Source: Candidatus Bathyarchaeota archaeon (GTDB lineage: Archaea > Thermoproteota > Bathyarchaeia > Bathyarchaeales > Bathycorpusculaceae). From it: a stretch of 64,000 bases of DNA. Location of the stretch: assembly GCA_963733095.1 (NCBI GenBank), contig CAVTBV010000013.1, positions 384,001 to 448,000 on the forward strand. Reading direction: 5' to 3'. Numbering within the stretch: position 1 is the stretch's first letter; each line of letters begins with the position of its first letter. The translations under genes and the position numbers were made by a program. Below the pieces are notes generated by a model. The model was not told where the DNA came from. It saw only the letters and a list, made by a program, of their open reading frames with translations, and did not search any database. This document shows positions 9,747 through 19,017 of this stretch, in pieces.

Positions 9747-11368
9747 ACCCTATTTTTCATTTTGTGTTTTGAAGATTCAGGCATGGGCATGCTGAGTTGC
9801 CAGACTGCTTGCTTTAGTTGTTCGCTCTTTTCGCCGCGTGTTAAGCCGTAGTATGTGCCTAGGATTTTGCCGAAGTAGGGAATGATGAAGTTGTCGAAGG
9901 TTTTGTAGAGCAATGGATTGGTTATGCGGTTTTCTAGGAAGGTTGGTTTCCAGATTTTAATATTGTATTCCCAGCATTTTATGAAGAAGTCCCAGCGTGC
10001 TTTGGACAGTGAATCCATTTCTGTGCCTTTCTTGTTCATCAAAACACAGTTTTCAAGCGGCACGAAAAACAGCGGCACGTAGAATGCGTTGTAGCCTTTG
10101 AGTTTATCCATTAACTCAAGCGTCTGGAGCATGTCTTCTTCTTTTTCTTCAGGTAACCCGATGATTAAAGTTGCAAGTGGGTACCAGTCGTTATCGTTTA
10201 GGATGCCGAAAGCGTTGGTGACAACGTCTTGCCATTGTTCGGGCTTAAATGGTAACATCTTGCCTCCCATGTATTTCTTCATGAGGCGCGGGCTACCTGT
10301 TTCAACGCCTGTTTCGGCGGTGATGATTGGTTTTTTGCCGAATGAATACCAGCTTTTCTCGATGAGGATTTCCGCGAGTTGCTTAATCATTAATGGGTCG
10401 TGCCAAACAGGCGCCAATGACATGTGTGAAGCTTGGATGCTCTTTACACCAGGATGGCTTGCGACGCTTTTGACTAATTTAACGACTGCTTCGCGGTTTG
10501 GGATGAAGTTTTTGTTTGTGGCGCCATAGATGAAAAGGTCCTCCGTGATTAGGGTAACGTGGTCGCTGCCTTCAGCGGTTGTTAAGGCAACTTCCTGCAT
10601 AATTTTCTCAAGCGGTACATCAACTTTGTTTTGCATTGTTGGAGTGCAGAACTGGCAGTTTCTGCCGCATCCTTTGGAAATTTCTACTGCACCATGAATT
10701 GCTAAATGTTTGGTTAAGGGCATTTGAACATTATAGCTCCAGCTGCTCAACGATTCGTCTGCTTTTGCGATGCGGGGAATTGCTTCGCCGTTAACTGCTT
10801 TTTTGAAGATTTCAACGATTGGTTCTGGTTTTCCGCCGATGAGTACGCAGTCTATGCCGTAACTGTCCGAGACATGTTTGCGTTCAAGTTGCCATGAGCC
10901 AAAGCCACCAACGATGATTTTGGGTTTGTACTTTTTGATACTGGGATGCATGATGAGTTTCTTGAATTCAATAGCGTTCATGGGTTCTCCGCCGCCGACG
11001 ATGGAGGAGTATGTTTTGCTGACGTATCCCATGCCTGTGGGGTCCATGGAGGATATTCCTACGACCTTGGTTTCTGGACCGATGAAGTTTTGCAGGTCAT
11101 CAGGGTGAACAACTGCGATGTCCTGCTGTGAAAAACCACCCTGTAGAAGTATTGATTCAACTTTTCGCAATCCGTAAGGTGCACATTTTGCTTGCCCGTC
11201 GGGTTTGCGTCCAGTTGATGGGTAGAGTGTTTTTCGAACGTACGATAATGGAATAGGACCTTTGCCAAAGCCCCCTACGAATGCAATGAAGGGGTTATTG
11301 TAAAAATCACTCATTTCGGTGGACGATGCGGTTAGCACAATCTTTTTGCCCAATGGTGTTGTTGCCAA
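9743..11368 (-). CDS. B12-binding radical SAM protein, Grs/Gms-like tetraether-lipid-modifying family
   Basis: CGRNCQFC cluster motif, KIVLTAS...APYGLRKVE N-terminus, ETGVETGS. Confidence 0.75.
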   Translation of the reverse strand: MATTPLGKKIVLTASSTEMSDFYNNPFIAFVGGFGKGPIPLSYVRKTLYPSTGRKPDGQAKCAPYGLRKVESILLQGGFSQQDIAVVHPDDLQNFIGPETKVVGISSMDPTGMGYVSKTYSSIVGGGEPMNAIEFKKLIMHPSIKKYKPKIIVGGFGSWQLERKHVSDSYGIDCVLIGGKPEPIVEIFKKAVNGEAIPRIAKADESLSSWSYNVQMPLTKHLAIHGAVEISKGCGRNCQFCTPTMQNKVDVPLEKIMQEVALTTAEGSDHVTLITEDLFIYGATNKNFIPNREAVVKLVKSVASHPGVKSIQASHMSLAPVWHDPLMIKQLAEILIEKSWYSFGKKPIITAETGVETGSPRLMKKYMGGKMLPFKPEQWQDVVTNAFGILNDNDWYPLATLIIGLPEEKEEDMLQTLELMDKLKGYNAFYVPLFFVPLENCVLMNKKGTEMDSLSKARWDFFIKCWEYNIKIWKPTFLENRITNPLLYKTFDNFIIPYFGKILGTYYGLTRGEKSEQLKQAVWQLSMPMPESSKHKMKNRV

Positions 11369-11647
11369 ACCTTTTTCTTCCTCGTGAATAGTCTAAATGA
11401 TTAGTCCATACTCCTTTTAAGAATTACTATCGCTCACATGTTCTTGTTGAAGAATGATGCGAAAAACAGCCCTGAATCCTCAAAAAATTTGGCTGTTTGG
11501 GTTACCTTGGAGCCGCTTTTTAAAAAATAAAATTGAAGTTAACACATCATTTTTAACAAGCTAGCAAAAAGTTATATTTCCCTGTGACTGACTAGACTTT
11601 TGCTCAAAGAGCAGTTTTGAAAAGATAGACAAACGAGGAATACCCCC

Positions 11648-13111
11648 ATGGCAGATATCCTTTTAACCGCAGACCGAACCCTAATGAGCAATTATCATCA
11701 AAACGAATTTCTAGGCTTTGGAACCTGTGCTCCCCCAAACTTTATTCCCGAATGGCTCTACGCCTACCTTTTCTTTCCGCCTCTTCAAACAAGCAATGGA
11801 CAGCCATGGACAGCCCCTTACGGATTAAGAAAAACTGAAGCTCAACTTATAAAAGAAGGTTTCAAAGTAAAAACCGTGAGCCCAACTCGCATAGGAAACG
11901 CACTACGAAATGCGAAGGTTCTTGGAATTCATGCTATGGATCCGTTTGGTTTAGGTCCTGCTTCTACTACACTAGCATCCTTGTTCAAAAAGGAACCGTA
12001 TCTTGCAAAACATTTTCAAGCATTGCTGAAAAGCCCCTCTATCAAAAAAGCAAAACAAAACGGGCTAAAAATCATCGTTGGTGGACCTGGTGCATGGCAG
12101 TTTAAGTTCCGTGAAAAATCAGTAAACGCCTTAAACATAGACTGTGTTGTGGAAGGGGAAGGAGAAAACGTAGTTGGGAAACTCTTCAAAGCCGCTCTAG
12201 AAGGCCAAGAACTTCCCAAACACTACGAAGTCGGCCTTGGCGAAGTGCCCACAATTGAAGAAATACCCGACATAGTCCAGCCTTCAATCAATGGTTTAAT
12301 CGAAATCGGAAGAGGCTGCTGCCGAGGCTGCCAATTCTGCAACGTAACAACGCGGCCTCTTCGTTGGTATCCAATCGAAAAGATTATGCGTGAACTAAAC
12401 GTTAACCTTGATTCTGGAAAAGTTGCCGATGTCTGCCTCCATTCTGAGGACGTTATGCTTTATGGGTCAAATAACACGATTCCTCATGAAGACAAACTTG
12501 TGGAGCTACATGAGTTAGTGCTCAAAGAGGTGGATGGGGTTAGCTGGAGCCACTGTTCCCTTGCTGCCGTCGCGTCTGCTCCTAAACTTTTCTCGAAACT
12601 GTCGGAGACTATTTTGCAGAAACAGACTTGGTGGGGCGCTGAAGTAGGCATTGAGACGGGGTCTCCCGAGGTTGCTAAGAAAATTATGCCTGCAAAGGCT
12701 CATCCGTTTAAGGCTGAAAATTGGCATGACGTTGTTGTTGACGGCATGGGTTTAATGCATGATAACAAGTTAGTTCCAGCGTGCACCTTGATTGTAGGTT
12801 TGCCTGATGAACGCCAAGAAGACGTAATCCAAACTATGGATTTGGTAGCCGATTTAAAGGACATGCGAAGCCTCATCGTCCCATTGTTCTTTGTGCCGCT
12901 GGGAAAGTTGAAGAGTGAAAACTGGTTCAACGACACAAAACTCAGCAATTTACAAAAGCAGCTTCTGATTCAGTGTGCTGAACACGATTTCCGCTGGGTC
13001 GATAACTTGTTGGACTGGTCTTTTTCGGGAAAATGGTACTCGCGAATAATGAAGGACTTCTACAAAGGCTTCTCGGCGATTGCTAAGTATAAAGTGCGGC
13101 AAATAGAATAA
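11648..13111 (+). CDS. B12-binding radical SAM protein, Grs-like family
   Basis: CCRGCQFC, ILLTADRTLMSNYH..EFLGF and APYGLRK motifs, EVGIETGS. Confidence 0.78.
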   Translation: MADILLTADRTLMSNYHQNEFLGFGTCAPPNFIPEWLYAYLFFPPLQTSNGQPWTAPYGLRKTEAQLIKEGFKVKTVSPTRIGNALRNAKVLGIHAMDPFGLGPASTTLASLFKKEPYLAKHFQALLKSPSIKKAKQNGLKIIVGGPGAWQFKFREKSVNALNIDCVVEGEGENVVGKLFKAALEGQELPKHYEVGLGEVPTIEEIPDIVQPSINGLIEIGRGCCRGCQFCNVTTRPLRWYPIEKIMRELNVNLDSGKVADVCLHSEDVMLYGSNNTIPHEDKLVELHELVLKEVDGVSWSHCSLAAVASAPKLFSKLSETILQKQTWWGAEVGIETGSPEVAKKIMPAKAHPFKAENWHDVVVDGMGLMHDNKLVPACTLIVGLPDERQEDVIQTMDLVADLKDMRSLIVPLFFVPLGKLKSENWFNDTKLSNLQKQLLIQCAEHDFRWVDNLLDWSFSGKWYSRIMKDFYKGFSAIAKYKVRQIE

Positions 13112-13176
13112 CCTTTTTTGAAATGACTAAATTTAAATAGTCTTGTGGAACTGAAAGAGGAGAAGAACAATGGTTT

Positions 13177-13253
13177 GCCGCCGTTGCACAGCCCGGTAGT
13201 GCAACTGACTGTTAATCAGTAGGTCAAAGGTTCGAGTCCTTTCGGCGGCGCCA
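13177..13253 (+). tRNA. tRNA-Asn (GTT), encoded CCA, no intron
   Basis: Acceptor stem GCCGCCG/CGGCGGC, anticodon arm ACTGA-CTGTTAA-TCAGT, T arm AAAGG-TTCGAGT-CCTTT, then G-CCA. Confidence 0.96.
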
Positions 13254-13286
13254 CTGATAACGCGAAAAAACTACCAGTTTTTTCGT

Positions 13287-14720
13287 TCACTGAACTGAAA
13301 CCTCCGATCTAACCAGTTGCTTTAGCTGGTCTGCCAGAAGAGACAATTGATGATTCTGGTACACTTCTTGGGTCTCAGTGATGTTTCCCCGCAACAAAGC
13401 ATCCTTGGTTAATATTTCCTCTGGGTTTTGTCCCCAAGCGCGTATGATTTCTTTAAGTTGCTCTATTCTGTTTGCTTGAGTCTTCGGTCTTATGGCTAAT
13501 CCTGCAGAAACGTACAGATTTCTTAGAGTTTCTATTCCTAAGCTTTGGACGTCTTCATAGGTGTCGATTGTCTTGCCCATAAAGTACTTGGTGATTTCAC
13601 TGTCTATTTTTGATGCACTCATCTGTGTTCTAAACCATTTCCGCAAACTATGAGTTCTTACGCTATACATCCAGCTATTTGGCAGTTTCTCTGCAACGTC
13701 TGCTGCGACGGCGATTGTGTGGACGATTTTTCTTATTGTTTTCTCGCTTACACCTAATACTTTGTAGGCGTTATGGTCGCTTCGTATGAGAGGTGATTCG
13801 TCGGTGATTTCTTCTGGTGGCGTGTATCTGCTGCCTCGTCTTCTGTCGGCGATGTACATTTTTAGCAGTTGGCTTGCTTCTGCGTTTATGAAGGTGTCGT
13901 AATCGTGGTATTTTCCCTTGGTAATTTCTGCTTCTACATGGATGTGTATGGGAATTCTGTTGGCTTCTAGGTCGTCTTTTATGTGTCGATATTTTAGTTT
14001 ACTGAAGGTTCCTTCTCTAAATCCGCCTGTTGCTATGGCTGCTATGATGAAGGCTTCGCGGACAGCTGATTTGTCTATCATTGCTGTAATTTCTTCAGGT
14101 TTTGGGGCTCGGTCTTTGTAGGCGACTTTTCTGCTCAGTCGCTCTGAGAGTTTGACATCGATGCCATTTACGTGATAGAAGGTTTTGACGGCTTTTATAC
14201 AGTTATTTACGGCGGCTGGTTTGAGGTCGTCATCTTGTAGTTCGGCGAGATAGTCGTTTAAGAATCCACAGTGGTTCTGAACTTTTATAGGGTCAGAGAT
14301 GGCGCCTTGGGGTTTTACGTCTTGGATGATTAAGTCTGGGCTGTATCCTAACCAGATAGCGTATTTTCGCACGTTAACAGAATAGATTAGGCAGCTTCTG
14401 TGGGAGCCTGAGAGATGGCGTAGAAAATGGCGGGCGAGTTTTAGCATGCTTTGGTTGTCGAATATGAAGGGAATTACGCCTGGGCGCTCGTTTAGGCAAG
14501 ATCTGATTATGTAGTCGACGAGGTCTTTTTCTTTGGCTTCCAAGATTTTTTGGAGTTGTATCTTCACTGGGTTTTTGAGCTTCCAACCAGTTAAGCTAGT
14601 GTAGATCGTGACATAATCGTCTTCGAATGTCAGTGGAAGGTTGAGGCTTTTTAGTTCTTCAATGGAGAGTTGGCGGTTTCGAGAGATAGCGGGGGCTAAA
14701 GTAGTCGTTCGCTGTATCAA
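13287..14720 (-). CDS. Tyrosine recombinase/integrase
   Basis: GGFREGT (R), KGK, HSLRK (HxxR), FMGK and DTY; SAM-like N-terminal domain; converges on the tRNA. Confidence 0.92.
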   Translation of the reverse strand: MIQRTTTLAPAISRNRQLSIEELKSLNLPLTFEDDYVTIYTSLTGWKLKNPVKIQLQKILEAKEKDLVDYIIRSCLNERPGVIPFIFDNQSMLKLARHFLRHLSGSHRSCLIYSVNVRKYAIWLGYSPDLIIQDVKPQGAISDPIKVQNHCGFLNDYLAELQDDDLKPAAVNNCIKAVKTFYHVNGIDVKLSERLSRKVAYKDRAPKPEEITAMIDKSAVREAFIIAAIATGGFREGTFSKLKYRHIKDDLEANRIPIHIHVEAEITKGKYHDYDTFINAEASQLLKMYIADRRRGSRYTPPEEITDESPLIRSDHNAYKVLGVSEKTIRKIVHTIAVAADVAEKLPNSWMYSVRTHSLRKWFRTQMSASKIDSEITKYFMGKTIDTYEDVQSLGIETLRNLYVSAGLAIRPKTQANRIEQLKEIIRAWGQNPEEILTKDALLRGNITETQEVYQNHQLSLLADQLKQLVRSEVSVQ

Positions 14721-15229
14721 GTTTGTTGTCTCCTTGCGGAGTCTTTAGCTCCGTGAGTTTTTCGCTCCGATGGTCGGAACGCATACTCACCCTCTGGTAT
14801 TGGACGTTTGATATTTAAATGCCAGTTTGAATTTTTTTGTAATGGTCGCTGGCAGATTTTGAGTTTCTGCAGTTCCAAAACGTCGGTTTTTAGCAGGACT
14901 AAGCCTGAAGCTTTTGGGTCGCCACCGTGCAGCGTAGGCGGCTGGGCGTCTCTATCCCATGCTAAGGTTATGTAGAGTTCGCAATCGTAAACCAGCCAAC
15001 CAATGGCCTCCCTAATTTGCGGCTGCATCATTAAAGCGGAGCTGCGATTGTATAGAACATGGTCTCGATACCGAACATAAATCAACTTTTGGGGTGGGAT
15101 TTGGGAGCTGGTGGTGCCGGTGTCCTCTTTTGAGGGCAACTTACAAGATTTGGAACCGGCTTTAGTGCCAAAAACGACTTCGGAGGAGACTTGAAGGTTT
15201 GTAAGCTCAGCCATTCCCTCCCACCTCAT
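14717..15229 (-). CDS. Integrase-coupled hypothetical protein
   Basis: Overlaps the integrase start by 4 nt; core IYVRYRDHVLY...REAIGWL. Confidence 0.55.
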   Translation of the reverse strand: MRWEGMAELTNLQVSSEVVFGTKAGSKSCKLPSKEDTGTTSSQIPPQKLIYVRYRDHVLYNRSSALMMQPQIREAIGWLVYDCELYITLAWDRDAQPPTLHGGDPKASGLVLLKTDVLELQKLKICQRPLQKNSNWHLNIKRPIPEGEYAFRPSERKTHGAKDSARRQQT

Positions 15230-15487
15230 TTAGCAATCTGAAAAATCGGAAATCCCAAACAACTCAGCCAGATTCCTAAGAGCCGCCGACGCCTGCGCCT
15301 GCTTTTCTAAATCATGAATGCCTCTAATTTTGGACTCCATTTGCGCAAGTTCAGCCCTCAATTCAGCCTTCTCAACTAGCTGCAAACGGTCCTCATGTTC
15401 CCGCAGTGCAACGCCGACTTCGCTTACTATTACGCCGATTTGAGCCAGGACATCCACAAGGAGTTTTTCTCTCTTTGAATTAATCAA
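15230..15487 (-). CDS. Small coiled-coil viral protein
   Basis: 85 aa in a tightly packed run of genes leading into the integrase. Confidence 0.55.
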   Translation of the reverse strand: MINSKREKLLVDVLAQIGVIVSEVGVALREHEDRLQLVEKAELRAELAQMESKIRGIHDLEKQAQASAALRNLAELFGISDFSDC

Positions 15488-15698
15488 TCACACCTACCTC
15501 CTCGACTAAAATGGATCCATTGTTAATTTTGGCGTAGCGATGCAGAGCATACAGCATCACGTCAATTATTGTTCCGTCTCCCTTAACAGAAATGCAGCCT
15601 GCTCCCTTAGATTTCACCTTTAGTTGAACCCATCTGCTCACGATTAACTTTACGTGTGGGAGGGCTGATTCATCAAAAGTCAATTTTACCTCTCGCAA
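15480..15698 (-). CDS. Small hypothetical viral protein
   Basis: 72 aa; GGAGG RBS upstream; overlaps the next gene. Confidence 0.5.
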   Translation of the reverse strand: MREVKLTFDESALPHVKLIVSRWVQLKVKSKGAGCISVKGDGTIIDVMLYALHRYAKINNGSILVEEVGVID

Positions 15699-15993
15699 CC
15701 ATTCATGCCTCCAAAAACGTCAGAGTTGAAGAAGTGTCTTGTTTGGGAAGTTTGCAAGAGAAACTCCGATTGGTGAGATGAGAGAAGGTTATGCGGGGAC
15801 ACATACATGCTCCCAAGGGAGAAGAAACCCTGCGAACTCTTTTTCCCCAAGATATTTTCCTTCAACTTTGCCGCCTTACCCCTACGTGGAGTTTAAAGTT
15901 TAAGAAAATTCTGTGTTCACCAAAGTACAGTGTACTTTGTGAAGCTTCCGAAAGTATAGTGTACTTTGCGGGCTCTTCCAAAGTCCTGTATCT

Positions 15994-16404
15994 TTAAAAG
16001 ACATATTCGTTTTTTTCTTCTAAGAAAAGCACCATAGCAGCAAGTTGTGTGGTTAATGCTTGGTCACTTGCTTCTCTGTTAAACTGGTCTGCATTAATTT
16101 TATCCTGGTAGAAGGCGACTTTGGCTCTGATTGTGGCCTTATAAAGTGTGACTTGGGAGCCTGTTTGGGTCTGTCTTGTGCCAACTGATTTTAGGTACCC
16201 TTGCTGGGTTAGCGCTCGTACTCTGCGGTTAACATTCGAGTATTTTGTGAACTTCAATCCTTTATTTTTCTTGACCTCTTTTGCTATGTCATAGATGACT
16301 AGAGGGCTATTTTGGAAGAGGGTTAGCAGTATTACTCGGTTTAATTTGGCTTCTCTGCCTTTGAAGATCGAAATTGTTGAGTTGTGTCTTTTTGATTTGG
16401 AAAA
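15994..16404 (-). CDS. Winged-HTH regulator (start codon unclear)
   Basis: The frame stays open upstream of track ORF 15994..16257: SIFKGREAKLNRVILLTL...IYDIAKEV...YSNVNRRVRALTQQGYL; no canonical start upstream. Confidence 0.6.
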   Translation of the reverse strand, partial: FSKSKRHNSTISIFKGREAKLNRVILLTLFQNSPLVIYDIAKEVKKNKGLKFTKYSNVNRRVRALTQQGYLKSVGTRQTQTGSQVTLYKATIRAKVAFYQDKINADQFNREASDQALTTQLAAMVLFLEEKNEYVF

Positions 16405-16733
16405 TGTGGGGAGGCGTTTTGCTATTTTGATTGTGTCTTTATAGTTCTTGGGTGTTTTGGAGGGCCCTAAAATTAAGGGGACACCGCTCCCAAGAGTGAT
16501 TGACTAACTATTTGCATGGAATCAAAGCTGAAGTATTCAAGGGTTCCTATGTCTAAGGGGTCGAGTACCAAAACACAGTCAAGCACAATGACTACTGCTG
16601 TTGCAACTGCTGTTCCCCGGCTCTCCATAAACTCTGGAGCAAGCATGCAAGTCATAAAAGGTTAACTGAAATAAGGTTTTTTCAATATACAAGTTTAACA
16701 ATAGTTCAGAAAAAGTAATTTGTTTTTAGTAAT

Positions 16734-16960
16734 TTAAGTCTGAGGATGCTCACCATTTTGCTCACCCAACGATATTTTATTATGTTTAGCAAAGGCTGCT
16801 AGCTTGCGTTCAAGTTGGAGTATCTTTTTTTGTTGGCCTGTCAGAATAGAAATAACCATGGGCTCAAAGACGATTGGATTTGTCGCCATGCTACTCTCCG
16901 AAGCGTAATTCCTGCACATATCCATAAGGTCCTCAAACGCTTCCCTGTCCTCCTTACATA
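16734..16960 (-). pseudogene. 5'-truncated small helical protein of the type found beside PolB2 genes
   Basis: KEDREAFEDLMDMCRNYASESSMATNPIVFEPMVISIL; the usual MGRTxPS N-terminus is absent (recognised from memory). Confidence 0.45.
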
Positions 16961-17046
16961 AAGTGACAATAGAAAATAGATATTTCAATTTATAACAAAA
17001 TTTAAATGTAATTATGTATTGTCAGGTTTAAATCAGGTGGTCGCTC

Positions 17047-17628
17047 ATGAGTTTAGATTGGAAAAAATGGTCAAAAAATGACGTACTCTTTGGAATTATC
17101 CTACCTGTAATCGCAGTTTTTGTCATTGTATTAATTTCAAAACTTCAGTCGCTAGTCGGTGGAGGTCCTGGAATCGTTTTTGGGCTTACGATGGAAATAC
17201 TGGAGCTTGTCGTTATAGTAGGTGTTCCCTTAGCCCTTGGTTTACTATGGAATCAATGGGCAGGCGGCGCCTCAGGCTTCCTAATGGGTACATTCTACGC
17301 ATTGTACTGGGCAAACAGCTTCCATGACACATCAGGTTCAGGAACAGTCCTTTTAGCATATATCCTAAGTCCAATGTTAATCGGATACATGGCTGGGGCT
17401 CTAAATAAGCGGTCAGATAATTTCAAAAGGCTACTTATTGCAGGCATTGTCGATGCTACAATCGGAGGCATAGTTATGTTCAGTATATTCCAAATGTCGC
17501 CTGCAAACGTAGTAACAGGTGTGACCGGATTTGCATTGACAGTTTTGACGCGGATGCTTGCCGCTGTACTAACAGCTGTTGTAGTCAAAATATTCTTCTG
17601 GTACGGCATGGGTGCTCAAAAACAGTAA
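17047..17628 (+). CDS. Multi-pass membrane protein (ECF S-component-like)
   Basis: About 6 TM segments in 193 aa. Confidence 0.6.
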   Translation: MSLDWKKWSKNDVLFGIILPVIAVFVIVLISKLQSLVGGGPGIVFGLTMEILELVVIVGVPLALGLLWNQWAGGASGFLMGTFYALYWANSFHDTSGSGTVLLAYILSPMLIGYMAGALNKRSDNFKRLLIAGIVDATIGGIVMFSIFQMSPANVVTGVTGFALTVLTRMLAAVLTAVVVKIFFWYGMGAQKQ

Positions 17629-17825
17629 ACAACATCAAAGAAAACATCGCTGTTTCATTGATAAACATCGCCTTCATGGTCACTGCAGCTTTGCTTGGCT
17701 ACTTAGGGCTTGTCACAGGTTTACTGCTAAACGAAGTAAGTGTATTATTAGTGATCGGAAACGCGCTAAGACCATTGACTACCAAAAACAAATTCGACGC
17801 GGCAAACAAAAAACAGATGGAGTAA
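17622..17825 (+). pseudogene. C-terminal remnant of a heavy-metal P1B-type ATPase
   Basis: TVNNIKENIAVSLINIAFMVTAALLGYLGLVTGLLLNEVSVLLVIGNALR...* matches the last TM helices of P1B ATPases; no start. Confidence 0.7.
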
Positions 17826-17828
17826 GTG

Positions 17829-18206
17829 CTATATTGAGCGCCCTTTATCTGTAATTTTATATATCTTCCAGTTTTTCTTTTTGTAAGAAATAATGAGCCC
17901 TGCTTCTTCCAAAACCATAAGATGGTAAGACAGGCGCGAATCCGAAATTTTTATCAAAACTTTGATAACACAAGGACATAAATCGCATTGCCTAATAGCC
18001 TTCAAAATCGTCAGCCTTGTTTTGTCTGACAGAATTCGGTGCAGTTTAACTTCTGTGTCAACTTCGCCAGGTTTTATCGCACCTAAAATTCGGTCCAATC
18101 CGCCTATTTCAGCGATTGCCTCTGTGACTTCCTGAGGCAGAGCATCATTTTTGATTTTTTCTGAATCAGGGCAATTGCATTCTGTTACCATTTGGTGTCT
18201 ACACAA
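17829..18206 (-). CDS. ArsR/SmtB-family regulator
   Basis: LSDKTRLTIL...DLCPCVI...SRLSYHLMVLEEAGLI. Confidence 0.88.
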   Translation of the reverse strand: MCRHQMVTECNCPDSEKIKNDALPQEVTEAIAEIGGLDRILGAIKPGEVDTEVKLHRILSDKTRLTILKAIRQCDLCPCVIKVLIKISDSRLSYHLMVLEEAGLIISYKKKNWKIYKITDKGRSI

Positions 18207-18337
18207 AAACTACAACTGGACACTAATAAAAAGTAGTAGTTGAGCACCGCCTCAAATCTCCGTAAACTCGCACTTATTGCAGAGGCATCCAAAACAGTGA
18301 TGTGCACTTTCTCCTAATCAAGTTTAAGAATGCGAAA

Positions 18338-18567
18338 ATGTTAATGAGCGATTACGGTCCAGACTGCAAAAATGAATCAATTGTAACCGTAGATACGAAA
18401 GGCAGATTGTTCTCCCAAAAAATCCGAGAAAGGGAGCTGGTTTCAAGCCAAATAGCAAATTAGCTCTCCTATCTTTTGAAAAGGGAGGCGAAACATGTTG
18501 TGTTATAGTGATGAAGGCAGAAAGCCTATAGGAAGCCGTGAAAAAAACCTTAAGCTCACAGGCATAG
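18338..18567 (+). pseudogene. AbrB/SpoVT-fold protein (HgcC-like), degraded
   Basis: CKNESIVTVDTKGRL...AGFKPNSKLALLSFEKGGETCCVIVMKAESL* with an internal stop and a scrambled LPK segment. Confidence 0.55.
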
Positions 18568-18610
18568 CGGAAAAAGAAGAATTCGAAACACTAAAAGCAA
18601 ACTAACAAGG

Positions 18611-18961
18611 CTATTTTTTAGCCTCGCAGTCATAACAGACATTAATTTTTCGATTTGTCCAATAGTGTTTTCCGCATACTTCACACGTAGTCTTCCAAAT
18701 CATGCCCTTATCTTCTTCCTTCACCGGCGGATATGAAGCATTTCTTGACGGGAAAACTATCGCCTTCTTGTGGCAAAGAGGCGCACATGCTGAACAACCT
18801 TTGACACATTTAGTTGGGTATGCAACCACCGCTTTTCCTTCTAGAAAAGTGAAAACGCGGTTTGGGCAGTATTCAATGCAGCGTGGTTTTCCAGTGCCGA
18901 CACAGCCATCACACTTGTCAGAAAAAACTGTAGGAAACCAAGGGACATCTAAGTCAGACAT
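18611..18961 (-). CDS. 4Fe-4S ferredoxin with C-terminal Zn-ribbon
   Basis: CDGC...CIEYCP, CVKGCSACAPLC and terminal CEVC...CYDC. Confidence 0.85.
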   Translation of the reverse strand: MSDLDVPWFPTVFSDKCDGCVGTGKPRCIEYCPNRVFTFLEGKAVVAYPTKCVKGCSACAPLCHKKAIVFPSRNASYPPVKEEDKGMIWKTTCEVCGKHYWTNRKINVCYDCEAKK

Positions 18962-19017
18962 AAATATCCTCCGTTTGTCTTGTGAATTTTCGGTTTAAAT
19001 TCTTTTGTATTGAAATG

